A stretch of 64,000 nucleotides of DNA from Epiperipatus broadwayi (GCA_028023455.1 JAQFVV010000002.1:1054001-1118000), one strand, 5' to 3'. Counted from the first letter of the stretch, positions 41,746 through 52,250 are shown. Numbers and translations are program-made. The notes: generated by a model not told the origin, from the letters alone.

Positions 41746-43345
41746 GGTAATCCTGACTTTTAGCGTCCCGAACAATTCGCCCTCTATTTTTAAAAAACTG
41801 AACTAACTACTTTTTCACACCTAAAAAAAAAAGTGTATGTAACTATATCCAAGTGTAAATGCTAATAAAAAAAAAGTTAAAATAAATACTTACATTTACA
41901 TGCGTATTTTTCACTTATAGCGGTCTTTGCTGTATATAGAACTGTAAATAAATGACGTATATTAACTCTAAATGTTTTCACATAAAGAATAATAAATAAC
42001 CAAAAAAAAACTTACTTTTTTAGGAGTAGTTGGAAGCCACACAAGCGAGGAAATGCACGAAAAGGTCGTCGCGTGCGTGCATATTTCTGAAACAAAATTC
42101 CCGCAGGTAGGATGAGAACAAAGGTCTGCTCGTCCCAAATTGGTATTTTAGCTTACGCTTTGCTCTCATCCACAGATTTTCAACATTATTGGTGTGTATA
42201 TCCTCGTCATCCGGGTCAACAAAGTTGTCTTGATGGATGACGACAGAGTGGAGATAGACACCATTGGAAAGACCGCTAATATTGTTATACGCAGGCCATC
42301 CGTCGCTGATAATATGCGTTCCGGGCAAAATGTGTTGCTGGATCAGTGGTTCCAGGGTGGCAGCCGATCTGTCTGCGATTTCAGATAGGAAACATTTTTT
42401 CGAGCCTCTTTCTATTCCACCGAACACCCAACGGCCTTCTCTGAAGGCCCCTCGGTTGTATTTCCGATGGAAGAAATAGGACTCGTCGATTTCGACTATC
42501 TGTGGTTCGCCATTGGCATCAAATCCGCCGAGAAGTGCTGTATTTCTGTCGAAATATGTAGCACATTCTTCCCGGCAAAAATTAGACCAATCTATGATCA
42601 CTCGTTCGCTGACCTCCGTCTCGCGAACGATCATCCAAACAGGCACATTATACGACCAGCAAAATGCTATGTGAACAATGGTGTTCAAACCCAGATGGCT
42701 GCGTGAAAAAAATGAGCCACTTCGTACTGCTGTACGTTGTTTGCACATTTTGCATTGCCATCTGACACCATCTATGCCAGCCGAATATTTTACCAGCGAA
42801 CATTCAATGTTGCAACGCAGACAGAGCATGCTGTTCTTTAGCAGACGCCTCCTGGCCAGCCACTTCAGGGTCAATTCCACAGTTTGAAATTGCTCTATGA
42901 GACGGCGAGTATTCCAACTTTCTGCCAGAACTTCCGAAACAGACATAATTTCATTTGGCGGGACTATGGTTGTGAGAGCCATTTTTTAGAAGGACAGAAT
43001 TCCACGTGGTATAATTTGTCTCGTGTCACAAATGACACGTGACAAAATTGCGTGAGTCTAAATACAGCCTAAAAAAGTAAGTTTTTTTTTGGTTATTTAT
43101 TATTCTTTATGTGAAAACATTTAGAGTTAATATACGTCATTTATTTACAGTTCTATATACAGCAAAGACCGCTATAAGTGAAAAATACGCAAGTAAATGT
43201 AAGTATTTATTTTAACTTTTTTTTTATTAGCATTTACACTTGGATATAGTTACATACACTTTTTTTTTAGGTGTGAAAAAGTAGTTAGTTCAGTTTTTTA
43301 AAAATAGAGGGCGAATTGTTCGGGATGCTAAAAGTCAGGATTACC
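41746..43345 (-). mobile_element. Autonomous-looking Merlin DNA transposon (IS1595/IS1016-related), 1600 bp
   Basis: GG-initiated TIRs at 41746-42024 and 43068-43345 (~279 bp; two substitutions and a homopolymer length difference seen by eye). 8 bp TSD GACCAGAT / GACAAGAT. Intact transposase ORF. Confidence 0.95.
42020..42982 (-). CDS. Merlin / ISXO2-like DDE transposase (320 aa)
   Basis: N-terminal Cys pairs CLRC and CKMC. Catalytic-type motifs VEIDES, IISDGWPAY and HTNNVENLW; also RKYNRG, WVFGGIERGS and VIHQDNFVDP. No stops or frameshifts. Confidence 0.96.
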   Translation of the reverse strand: MALTTIVPPNEIMSVSEVLAESWNTRRLIEQFQTVELTLKWLARRRLLKNSMLCLRCNIECSLVKYSAGIDGVRWQCKMCKQRTAVRSGSFFSRSHLGLNTIVHIAFCWSYNVPVWMIVRETEVSERVIIDWSNFCREECATYFDRNTALLGGFDANGEPQIVEIDESYFFHRKYNRGAFREGRWVFGGIERGSKKCFLSEIADRSAATLEPLIQQHILPGTHIISDGWPAYNNISGLSNGVYLHSVVIHQDNFVDPDDEDIHTNNVENLWMRAKRKLKYQFGTSRPLFSSYLREFCFRNMHARDDLFVHFLACVASNYS

Positions 43346-43905
43346 GACAAGATTTATTATGATCAAATATAACAGATGATGAAGGTTTATTTACATCTAT
43401 TCCAGATTGTTTCTCTTTTTGAATTCTATTATATAAAAGCATATGCTCTTTTATTTAAAATAATTTTCTTTATATCGTTAGTAATTTTATCTGATAATTT
43501 GCAAGATCTGTTTATTTTTACTAAACAGCAATTCGGGAAAACATCTAAATCACGACAGGTATTTAAAAAGTTTAATCTACATTTTAACGTAATAATCTTC
43601 AACCTTCCACGTTACCTTCCGCCATTCTTTTAAATTCCACGTTTTACTTAGAATCTTTAAATCCATTATATATGTAATAAATAAAGTTTGATATCTGTAT
43701 TCGTTCCACAATATATGTAATATACAAATCAATATACATATATATCAAAATACAGTACAATTTACATAAATTATATTATTCTTAGAAGTACTTTTGACTA
43801 TACATTTTGTAGTCTTTGTCAACTATATAACCTTGAATAATCAAAACAAGACAACCTTTAACAATACCCATAGTTCAATTCAAATTTCCCACAATTCTGT
43901 TATCT

Positions 43906-44355
43906 AATAGAATTCAAAAAGAGAAACAATCTGGAATAGATATAAATAAACCATCGTCTGTTATACTTGATCATAATAAATCTTGTCAATATGGATTTAA
44001 ATTTGATTATAAAAATATGAAAATTATTCAAATTGAACGTAATAGTAAAATAAAAGAGGCTATGTTAATTTCAAGAAATCATCAAATGTTAATGAATCGC
44101 CAGTCATCAAATGTTAAGATAACAGAATTGTGGGAAATCTGAATTGAACTATGGGTATTGTTAAAGGTTGTCTTGTTTTGATTATTCAATGTTATATAGT
44201 TGATAAAGACTACAAAATGTATAGTGGAAAGTACTTCTAAGAATAATATAATTTATGTAAATTGTACTGTATTTTGATATATATATATATATTGATTTGT
44301 ATATTACATATATTGTGGAACGAATACAGATATCAAACTTTATTTATTATATATA
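43906..44355 (+). mobile_element. 5'-truncated Penelope-like copy in head-to-head orientation (GIY-YIG tail + pLTR)
   Basis: Stop-free frame 43906-44142 (NRIQKEK...DHNKSCQYGFKFDYKNMKII...KIKEAMLISRNHQMLMNR...WEI*). Region 44118-44355 is the inverted repeat of 43668-43905. Confidence 0.85.
44197..44241 (+). ncRNA. Degenerate hammerhead-like motif in the PLE pLTR (further copies on the minus strand at ~41476-41523 and ~43780-43826)
   Basis: Consensus of three copies: TAG-TTGAYAA-A-GACTAT-aaaatgt-ATAGTC-GAAA-GTAC-TT-CTA. Stem II and the palindromic stem III AGTACT are present; the core deviates from CUGANGA. Confidence 0.45.
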
Positions 44356-44360
44356 TATAT

Positions 44361-44737
44361 GGGGATTTGAACTCAGACTTTCAAGCACTCTTCAACTATC
44401 CATACTATCTCATACCACTGATACACATGTCCACACACATGTAGAAAAGATAAATAGTCACCAATATATGTATTTTGTGCTGAACCAGTAGTGCTGAAGA
44501 GTTGGAGGTTGTAGTAGATTGAAGCCTGTCCATTAAAGTATGAGGGTTTGCTATCCTTAATATAAACTGAGCACTGATTATATTTATGTGTCAAACATGG
44601 TAATCTGGACCAACTGATGAGTGCTGAAATATGTATATTGGTGATTTTTTTTTTACATGTGTGTGGTCATGTGTATCAGTGGTATGAGATAGTGTGGATA
44701 GTTGAAGGGTGCTTGAAAGTTTGAGTTCAAATTCCCT
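44361..44737. mobile_element. Fold-back element E with tRNA-like arms and a hammerhead ribozyme
   Basis: Inverted arms at 44361-44475 and 44627-44737. The right arm reads TCAGTGGTATGAG...GAGTTCAAATTCCC (A/B-box-like). The hammerhead overlaps the inner end of the right arm. Confidence 0.85.
44609..44642 (+). ncRNA. Minimal type I hammerhead ribozyme with intact catalytic core
   Basis: ACCAA-CTGATGA-GTGCT-GAAA-TATGTA-TA-TTGGT. Stem I ACCAA/TTGGT; 1 bp stem II (G.U); near-palindromic stem III ATATGTAT. Predicted cleavage after A44637. Confidence 0.75.
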
Positions 44738-46577
44738 ATATTTACAATTAGGCTCCAGGTATATGAAGAGTGCCTGTATTTCAAATATATATATATATGA
44801 AAAGAAAGTTACTGTTAACACTAACTGAAATAATTATAGAAAATATACAAACCATTATACAATTACAAATTTCCAGTAACGCCCTCTGTTTAAAGATCTA
44901 TATCTCAATAATAGCAAACCTTAAACTACATCTGGATTATGGAGTTATTCACTTAGTGTTCTATTTAAATAAAGATTAAAGAAAGCAATAGGAAGACATT
45001 GCTGCCTTACATTGTATTATATATATATTTCTTCATTCACAAATTTAATTTTATAAATATATTCCAATTTACATTCAAACGGTTTAACACTTATATTCCA
45101 TCCCTTTCTTTTATAATTTTTTTATTTATTTATTAGAATATTCAACAAAATAATTCAATTTACCTTTTTAAAAAAATTTAAAATGAATAAAACAATTACT
45201 AATAGTTCTTTTTTCCACATATATTTCCATAATTGTCCTCGCTATTCCAACTGAATCTTATGTTCATTATTTTTTTATATATAGCTTATACTATTACATA
45301 TATTTAGTCTTATTATTCTCCATAAAACTTTTACAGAATGAAAATTATTTTAAATTTTTTATATTTTCCTGCATTATATATTTTGTTTAATGGAATTATA
45401 AGTATATACAATCGGCCATAATTATTTGCTTTAAATCTGTTAGCTGCCATAATCTGTAATCATTAATTTTGATTTTCTTCATTATTGCTTTTCTTGTAAA
45501 ATAAACAATTATAGATTATGTCTCCTAATTTTCCAATTTTTTCAATATATCATTATTATCTTTGCTAACAGTCTTTTTTAATCAATAACTGCTTCATTCT
45601 ATAATTAAAGTATTTAAGAGTTTTTAATTGTCATTCTATGATACACCAATGATTTTAAAAATAAAAAGGTTTAGTCTCACTTTCAGTAACAATATGTAAT
45701 TTATGAATTTATATGTTGTTTCTCACAATGATTTCAAACATGTTATATGATAGTATGAGAACATGTGATTCAAATTGCTTAATTGTAGTTTAATACATTG
45801 TACAGGCTTAACCTGCATTTATATTTAATTGTAGTTTGTATAATTAGAGAAGAAGCTTATGACTTGCAAGTTAGAAATGAATAAAACATATTGGCATATT
45901 TGCAAATATTTTAGACAAGAATAAAATCAATTATATACCAGATATAAAAATGCAATCTTTTTATACAACTTTCAAGTCATACTCAGATAGGAGAATTTTA
46001 TTTCTAGTTATTTTAAAATTTATATAAATTAACAAACTACAAGTCAAATATGTATAATATTATGTACAATATTTTCCAACATTATATATGTATTTTCCCA
46101 TTTTTACAACATAAAAGAGTGTTCTCAATTTAAAGTTCATCAGCCCTGCCTCTGCTTGACTGCAAAGAAAATGAAAAGGACCATTTCCATTGTCAGTTTC
46201 AGATATATAAACAGTAGTTGCAATTCAGCTAAAATGTCACTATTATAGAGCAATCAATTAAACATGTATAAATGCGAATAATATATATACAGTATATATA
46301 TTACATTTATTGCATACAAAATTATTTATTTTAACAGTCATATATCAGATTATATATAATCATGAGAGGAAATCTCTCTTCTCTTGAGAACTTGATTTAA
46401 AATTGATAATATATAAATAGTTTCCTAGGTAAAACATGTCAAATAGATTTTACCTTGTAAAGACAGGTAAAATTACGATGTTTGGCTTTTTTGGTCATAG
46501 TTATTTCTAAAAAGATAAACACAATGTTATAAAAATTTCACATTTCTGCATGAACGTAGAGTCAAAAAACACAAATA

Positions 46578-46672
46578 GTCAAGCATTATTGGTCGAGAGG
46601 TCAGCGACGACTGCTTTACAAGCAGTTGTCCCGGGTTATCGGGTTCGCTTTCCGGCTGATGCTATGACACAT
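46578..46672 (+). mobile_element. tRNA-Val(TAC)-like mini-SINE / tRNA pseudogene, copy 1
   Basis: Acceptor-like GCATTA/TGATGC; anticodon arm ACTGC-TTTACAA-GCAGT; T-arm with a duplicated CGGGTT block. Second copy at 59230-59323. Confidence 0.75.
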
Positions 46673-46947
46673 GAGAAAAAAAAAATACAAAGAAATATTT
46701 AACACATATATTATACTACTGTAGGTTTAAGTAAATAATTTATTGATAAAAACAAAATTTTTAAATAAGATTATTAATAATAAAGTATTTAAAAAAATGA
46801 TCTATTTAATATTGAAAATATTTTATAAGTGATTTTGTGCAAAGCTGAAATTTTATATTAAATAATGCCATTATTAAAATTTTTATCTATCTTCTAGTTT
46901 GTTTATTTTTGAAGAAATGTTTTAATCACTGCATCCTACTAGTATTC

Positions 46948-47330
46948 ACTAGCTGTTTGTGGCTTTGCTAGCTACGAATTTTCTTTTCTTTAACTTTGTA
47001 TTTGTTAAAAATTCTCGATGTGTTGGATGAACTCTGACGCGAAGCAGGTGTTCTGTTAGCTAAAACATTTTCTAATCATTATTGAATATTTCCATTTAGA
47101 AAATAGCTCTTTTCAAATTTCCTTAAATGCTTGAAATAATGTATATACTTTTTATAGTTAACACAAATTAAAGGTCTTAGAAAAACAAGTCTTCTGGCAA
47201 TAATGTGAACTTCGAAAAATATTAGATTTTATCAATTTTTATCTATAGTATTTTATCCGGATTTTTTCTGAACAAATAAAAAAATAGGAAGTATATTAAG
47301 TAAAACGTGCATATAAATATATATTTAAAA
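46948..47330. mobile_element. Possible decayed Helentron/DINE-1-like non-autonomous element
   Basis: Start ACTAGCTGTTTGTGGCTTTGCTAGC resembles a CpG-decayed ACTAGCTG..CGCGGCTTCGC terminus. The other end is not defined. Confidence 0.3.
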
Positions 47331-48378
47331 CTTTTAGAGATCTGCAAATATGTATGTAGTATGATCTAATGATAAATTATTACCAATCAAATTGTTTCAT
47401 AGATGTCTTAAAACTAATCTGCATATTCTCAAATTACCAAACACGTGAAAAAGATATATTAATTTACTTGATTATATATATATAATACAAATAAAATATA
47501 TCCATCAATTAAAAACTATTGTTATTATATATATATATAGTAAGGACCACTTTTATATCTCAGGCGAGCTAATGTTGTAACATGAATATATCTACTAGAA
47601 ACGGAAGGTCAACTCTCCTTATAAATATCATAATATATATATACAGTTGGTTTTAAAGTTTAAATATATTCGCAATTCACATAGCATATTAAAAATTTTA
47701 ATATATATTATAAAGATATCATAATTTGAATATAAAACATAATATATGCATATTTGTTTGTGATTGTATTCAGATGTTGAAACCAATCAATGGAATGATA
47801 GTATTTATAAAAAAAGTTAGACTATCATTTCTAGTGGGGGGGGGTATTAAGTTTTATACTCCTAGCTCACCTAAGTAATGCAAAATGAAAGTTGTCTATG
47901 ATACTTACATATATATATTGAAGACAAACAATTATAATCTGAATATAGATAATGCTAAGCGAATATTTCTATAAACATTTGATGGGCTTTCTATCCACCT
48001 CTAATTATTCTCTCTAGCTATAGTTGTTTATGATAATACTATATATAAGAATATGGAGAACAATTACAAACAGCTGTATTCTCAATGCACAAATTAGTAA
48101 ATGCTGTGACTAAACCTATCAATTATCTATGACAACTGTTGATTTGAGAGAGTAATCTTGAGTGTTATATATATATATAATAATAACTGATATTTCATCA
48201 ATCTAGATGTTTTATAAAAGTAAATCACATGATAATAGCCCAAGCTTATTTATATTAGAAATTATCAGTGTCTTGTCAAAGCAAACACTAAAAGTAAAAG
48301 TTGGATAACTATCTAGTACTTTTAGAGTTTTCCTTGACAACAAATTGAAGATTTATGATGTAGATAAGCTTAGGGTAT

Positions 48379-49270
48379 ATCATCAGTATCAGCATCATCA
48401 ACCATTATCAATCCACTATAGGATATAGGTCTCTCTCAAGTCAATCCATCTTTTCCAATCTTTAGCTTCTCTTCTCCACATCATCCCTGCAGACTTTCTT
48501 ATTTCATCCATCTATCTCATATGTGGTCTCTTTCTGGGTCTTTTACAATCTCTTGGAATCCAGTTTAAAGTTTCAATTGTCCATCTATTATCATCTCTTC
48601 TAGCAATATGTCCAGCCCAACTCCACTTCAGTCTTTAAATTTTTTCAATGAGGTCAGTAACACCTGTTTAGTCTCTTACCCATATGTTATGTTTACAATC
48701 TCTTCTTGTTACTCCTAACATGCATCTCCATACTTCTTTGAGTGGTCTGAAATCTTTGTACTGCTCTTCCATTAAGTGTCCCAGTTTCAGATCCATAAGT
48801 AAGAAATGGTAAAATACATTTATTAAAAATCTTCCTTTTCAAAAACATAGGATATTTTCTTTTAGTATCAAGTTATTTCCACCAAAAGCAAAACAAACAA
48901 GTTTAAGTCTATGATTAATTTCATCCATTATGTTTCCATCTGTATTAATAATCTTACCAAGGTATTTGTAGCTGTTAACTTCTAACTCATCATAATCAAT
49001 CTTTATTTTTATATTTTGAGAAAATCCATTGAACATTACTTTAGTCTTTTTAACATTTATCTCTTACTTTCCTACTTTCATCTGATCACTACTGCAACAT
49101 TTTCTGCAGCTCTAAAGCAATATTGGCAAAAACAACTACATCATCTGCAAAATGTAAATGACTTAAATAATCATTTACTTTCACTCTTTTAGCTTCCCAT
49201 TTTAATCCACAAAAATTTCTTGCAGCATCTAATCCCTAATGGCTTCCAGAATTGCTACAAATAAATCTTG
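48379..49270 (-). mobile_element. 5'-truncated RTE LINE (RT C-terminal half to 3' tail)
   Basis: YLSHLHFADDVVV (~49140-49180), YKYLGK (ORF 48839-49036), KWSWAGHIARRDDNRWT...KRPRKRP and a (GAT)-rich tail. Confidence 0.9.
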
Positions 49271-49289
49271 TTGTTGTTGTTGCAGTCAG

Positions 49290-49470
49290 TGCAATGTAAT
49301 TTCTGTCAAATAAGAATCCAGGTGTTGTTGCATGGCTGGCAGGTGGTTTTTATTTTTATATTATAACCATTAATGCACACATTTCTGGAGGGTAGGATTC
49401 CATATCTTTGGAAATATTCCACTTCCTCCTGATCTATAACAGGAATATCCAAATTTTGATTATTGTCACA
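49290..49470 (-). pseudogene. N-terminal fragment of a Merlin transposase related to the 62-63 kb element
   Basis: EEVEYFQRYGILPSRNVCINGYNIK aligns with HAIEYFQNYEILPFSKVYLNGHEIR, encoded at ~63085-63165. Confidence 0.65.
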
Positions 49471-49559
49471 ATTTACAAAAAAAAAAAAAAAGAGACCAAA
49501 ATGAACATGTGGAACTGAAAGTTGCAACAATATTAAGAGTGTGTCTTGTCACTTCCACA

Positions 49560-50215
49560 TTATAAATAAAAAAAATTGAAATAAATATTCTTTGAAATTT
49601 ATTAGAATTTATTCCTTTTTTTTTTTTTTTGAAATTTTACATTATTATTTTTTTTAAATTTAACAAATAAGATCTTTGGGAGATTGTAGACCCTCAGAAC
49701 ATTATTGATTTTGGAATCCACTATGAATTACACACCATTGACATAAATAAACTGTAAATATTGTATTTATATTATATATTTTTGGTTTTTTGTAAATGTT
49801 AATAAGACATCTTTGAGAGATAGTAGGCCCATTACTCATTTTTTGTAAATGTAACTATCACATCATCAGGAGATTGTACTCCATCCACTCATTTTTTTGT
49901 AAATATAACTAACCCATCTTCTGGAAGGAAATAAAAAAAAAAATTAAATAAAGATTGCCAATTAAATTTATCAGAATTTATTACTTTATTTTTTAATTTA
50001 ACAAAACAAATACAACTTTGGGAAATTGTAAATGTTTTTGGGGAATGTAAAAAACAAAATTGAAATAAATATTGTTAATGAAATTTATCTGAATTTATTC
50101 CTTTAAAAATTTGACATTAATTTTGTAAATGTCAGAAGATTGTTAATGAAATATGGGCTGCCATATTGGTAAGCCCTTGAAACTGTATATTTAGTACAAA
50201 TATGGGCTGCCATCT
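49560..50215. repeat. Degenerate short tandem/dispersed repeats upstream of the Merlin fragment
   Basis: Recurrent TTTTTGTAAAT(G/A)T units (~49788-49905), recurrent GAAATAAATATT...GAAATTT blocks, and AAATATGGGCTGCCAT at 50149 and 50198. Confidence 0.55.
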
Positions 50216-50899
50216 TGTTATTCCTGAAAACTCACATACATCTAAAAACTTTTGTCATTATGTAACCATATTGATGTTTTTAAAGTACAGGGTATATTGT
50301 AATCATAAGTTATTTGAAATAATATTTCTTTTTTTAATTTAATCATTTCTTATTTTTTGTATAAGATTAATTAAGGTAATTATTTTACATATTTACCTTA
50401 AACAAAAAATGGTAAATCAAATCAATACATGGGAAATCATTTTTATAAACTTACTGATATTTTATTGTTATGAAATGATGTTTAATAAATATTTTAAATA
50501 ACTTCATAAAAAAAATGTTGGGGATAAATTACTAATATGTGTTATGATGAAGTTTTCTACCAGCAGAGAGAAAAATTTTAAAGAACTTTTCTGTTTTGTG
50601 GAGTGGTTAAGTAAAGCAATTTTATTGTTAGTAGGGTGTATTACAAGAGTTTATATTTAAAATAATGATTCGATCACTTTGTATTTTATTGTTAATCAGA
50701 ATGATAAAAAGCACTCTATATTCCAAAAATGTGAGAAAATTCTCACTGAAAATAAGTTTTATTTAAATACTGCTTTAGATTTAAATTTGACCATCATGAT
50801 GAAAAATGATTTGAAATTAAATTTAAAAAATATGTGAATTGACTTATGGTAGCAAACCAGAAATGATAGTTTTAATAATATAATCATTATACACATTTA

Positions 50900-52250
50900 G
50901 AAGTAAATAAAGAAGTTCATTTTAGTGAAGCTAAAGTAGCCTTTGGTAATCTTTTAAATGTTGTAAGAGATGGCATGACTAATTGGAAATTTTTTAAAAA
51001 AAAATCAATGTTTATATGGCAGCTTCAAAGAAATTATTTAAAAAATACATGGATTTATGAAGTTGTGTCCTCTCATCTTATGAATCCTTTTATTGTTACA
51101 TTCTATAAAAATAAAGCAATTAAAAATACTTCCTTATGTAACAAAAATATTTCCAAGAATGTTGTTGAATAGGCTACTTTTCACCAAAGATTAATGGTTA
51201 AATAAGATTTAGAATGATTTTAGAAACTCAACAACACTGCAGATAGAGTGCTATTTTTATCATGCAAGAGCAAAAATACTTGGGATTAAAAATATGATAT
51301 ATATATATATATATTAGTGATTTGGTCAAGTCATTGAACTTTGTTAAGAAAAAAGATTTGTGGCAATGGTTTACAGATTGAATTCTAAGGTCTGGTTTCA
51401 AATTATTCAATTTCTATAAATTGGAATATCTGAATCAGTTGGAAAAACTGAAACATTTGAAATTAAAACTGGTATTAAACAAAAATGTATACAAAATTCA
51501 CTCTTTTTAAATTTTAGGATTCTGACCTTTGTAACATTATATTGATAGCTTCATAAAGTAAGACTAAAAGTGAATATAAATTTGACGATAATAATTCTAA
51601 TTCAATTTTGTTATTGCTTTTAAATTTATAATATTTTGATGATTGCATTATTTTAGTAATTTAAAAGAATATCTACAGAATGCCTACTTTATTATGAATA
51701 CATCAAATAAAAACTTTGGCTTCATAATTAACATTGAAAAACATTGGCTTCAAATTATCATACCATCTGGTAATGGAAAAAAAATCAATTACTTTTACCT
51801 TGGATGGTTATTTCTTTGAAAATGTGAATCAATTTAAGTATCTAAAAAATTGAACACTGATATTAATGTTCTCATACTGTATTAGGTAAGTTAAAATACG
51901 TATTTGATGCTTGTGATGTAATTATCGCAACAATAATAAAAATACATGGCTGTTACAATTTAAAACCACTAAAATATTATAGGAACACCATTTCCTATGC
52001 TTACACAAACAAACCCTTCAAAATGTATAGATGTTGAACTGGGATCAGATCTATATGACTATATGAGTAAATGAGCTTGGATTGAAAACATTATTGGGTT
52101 TTCATCTTGAGCTCATACCTTTATACTTAACTAAATAGGCTGATGGAGGGCTACATTATATCCTAAGATCTAGGTGGGGTACTACTATTACAATTTTATT
52201 GAATGAAATAAAATATGAACCTAAACTGGTCCAACACAATCATTGAATAT
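50900..52250 (+). mobile_element. Decayed LINE RT fragment (distinct from the dominant RTE family)
   Basis: IKTGIKQKC (GVRQGC-like, ~51460), FDDCII (FADD-like, ~51635), GFIINIEKT (~51715) and YLG (~51795). Confidence 0.5.

Larger units (their letters stand above)
41395..43905 (-). mobile_element. Internally deleted Penelope-like element, interrupted by Merlin
   Basis: Minus-strand order: partial pLTR (43905-43668); ORF start at 43666 (MDLKILSKTWNLKEWRKV...FLNTCRDLDVFPN, one frameshift); direct fusion to IKEH...GIY-YIG tail; Merlin; then KRKIKEAM tail and 3' pLTR down to ~41395. Confidence 0.8.

Noticed and set aside
41746-43345. Bacterial IS1595 contamination or a CRISPR/Fanzor-type system
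   Set aside because: The element has long eukaryote-style TIRs and a TSD inside a host Penelope element. No repeat-spacer array or TnpB/Fanzor-like ORF is present anywhere in the window.
46583-46663. Functional tRNA-Val gene
   Set aside because: An 8 nt duplication precedes the T-arm, the D-arm is poor, and a diverged second copy shares the same defect. Treated as a SINE/pseudogene.
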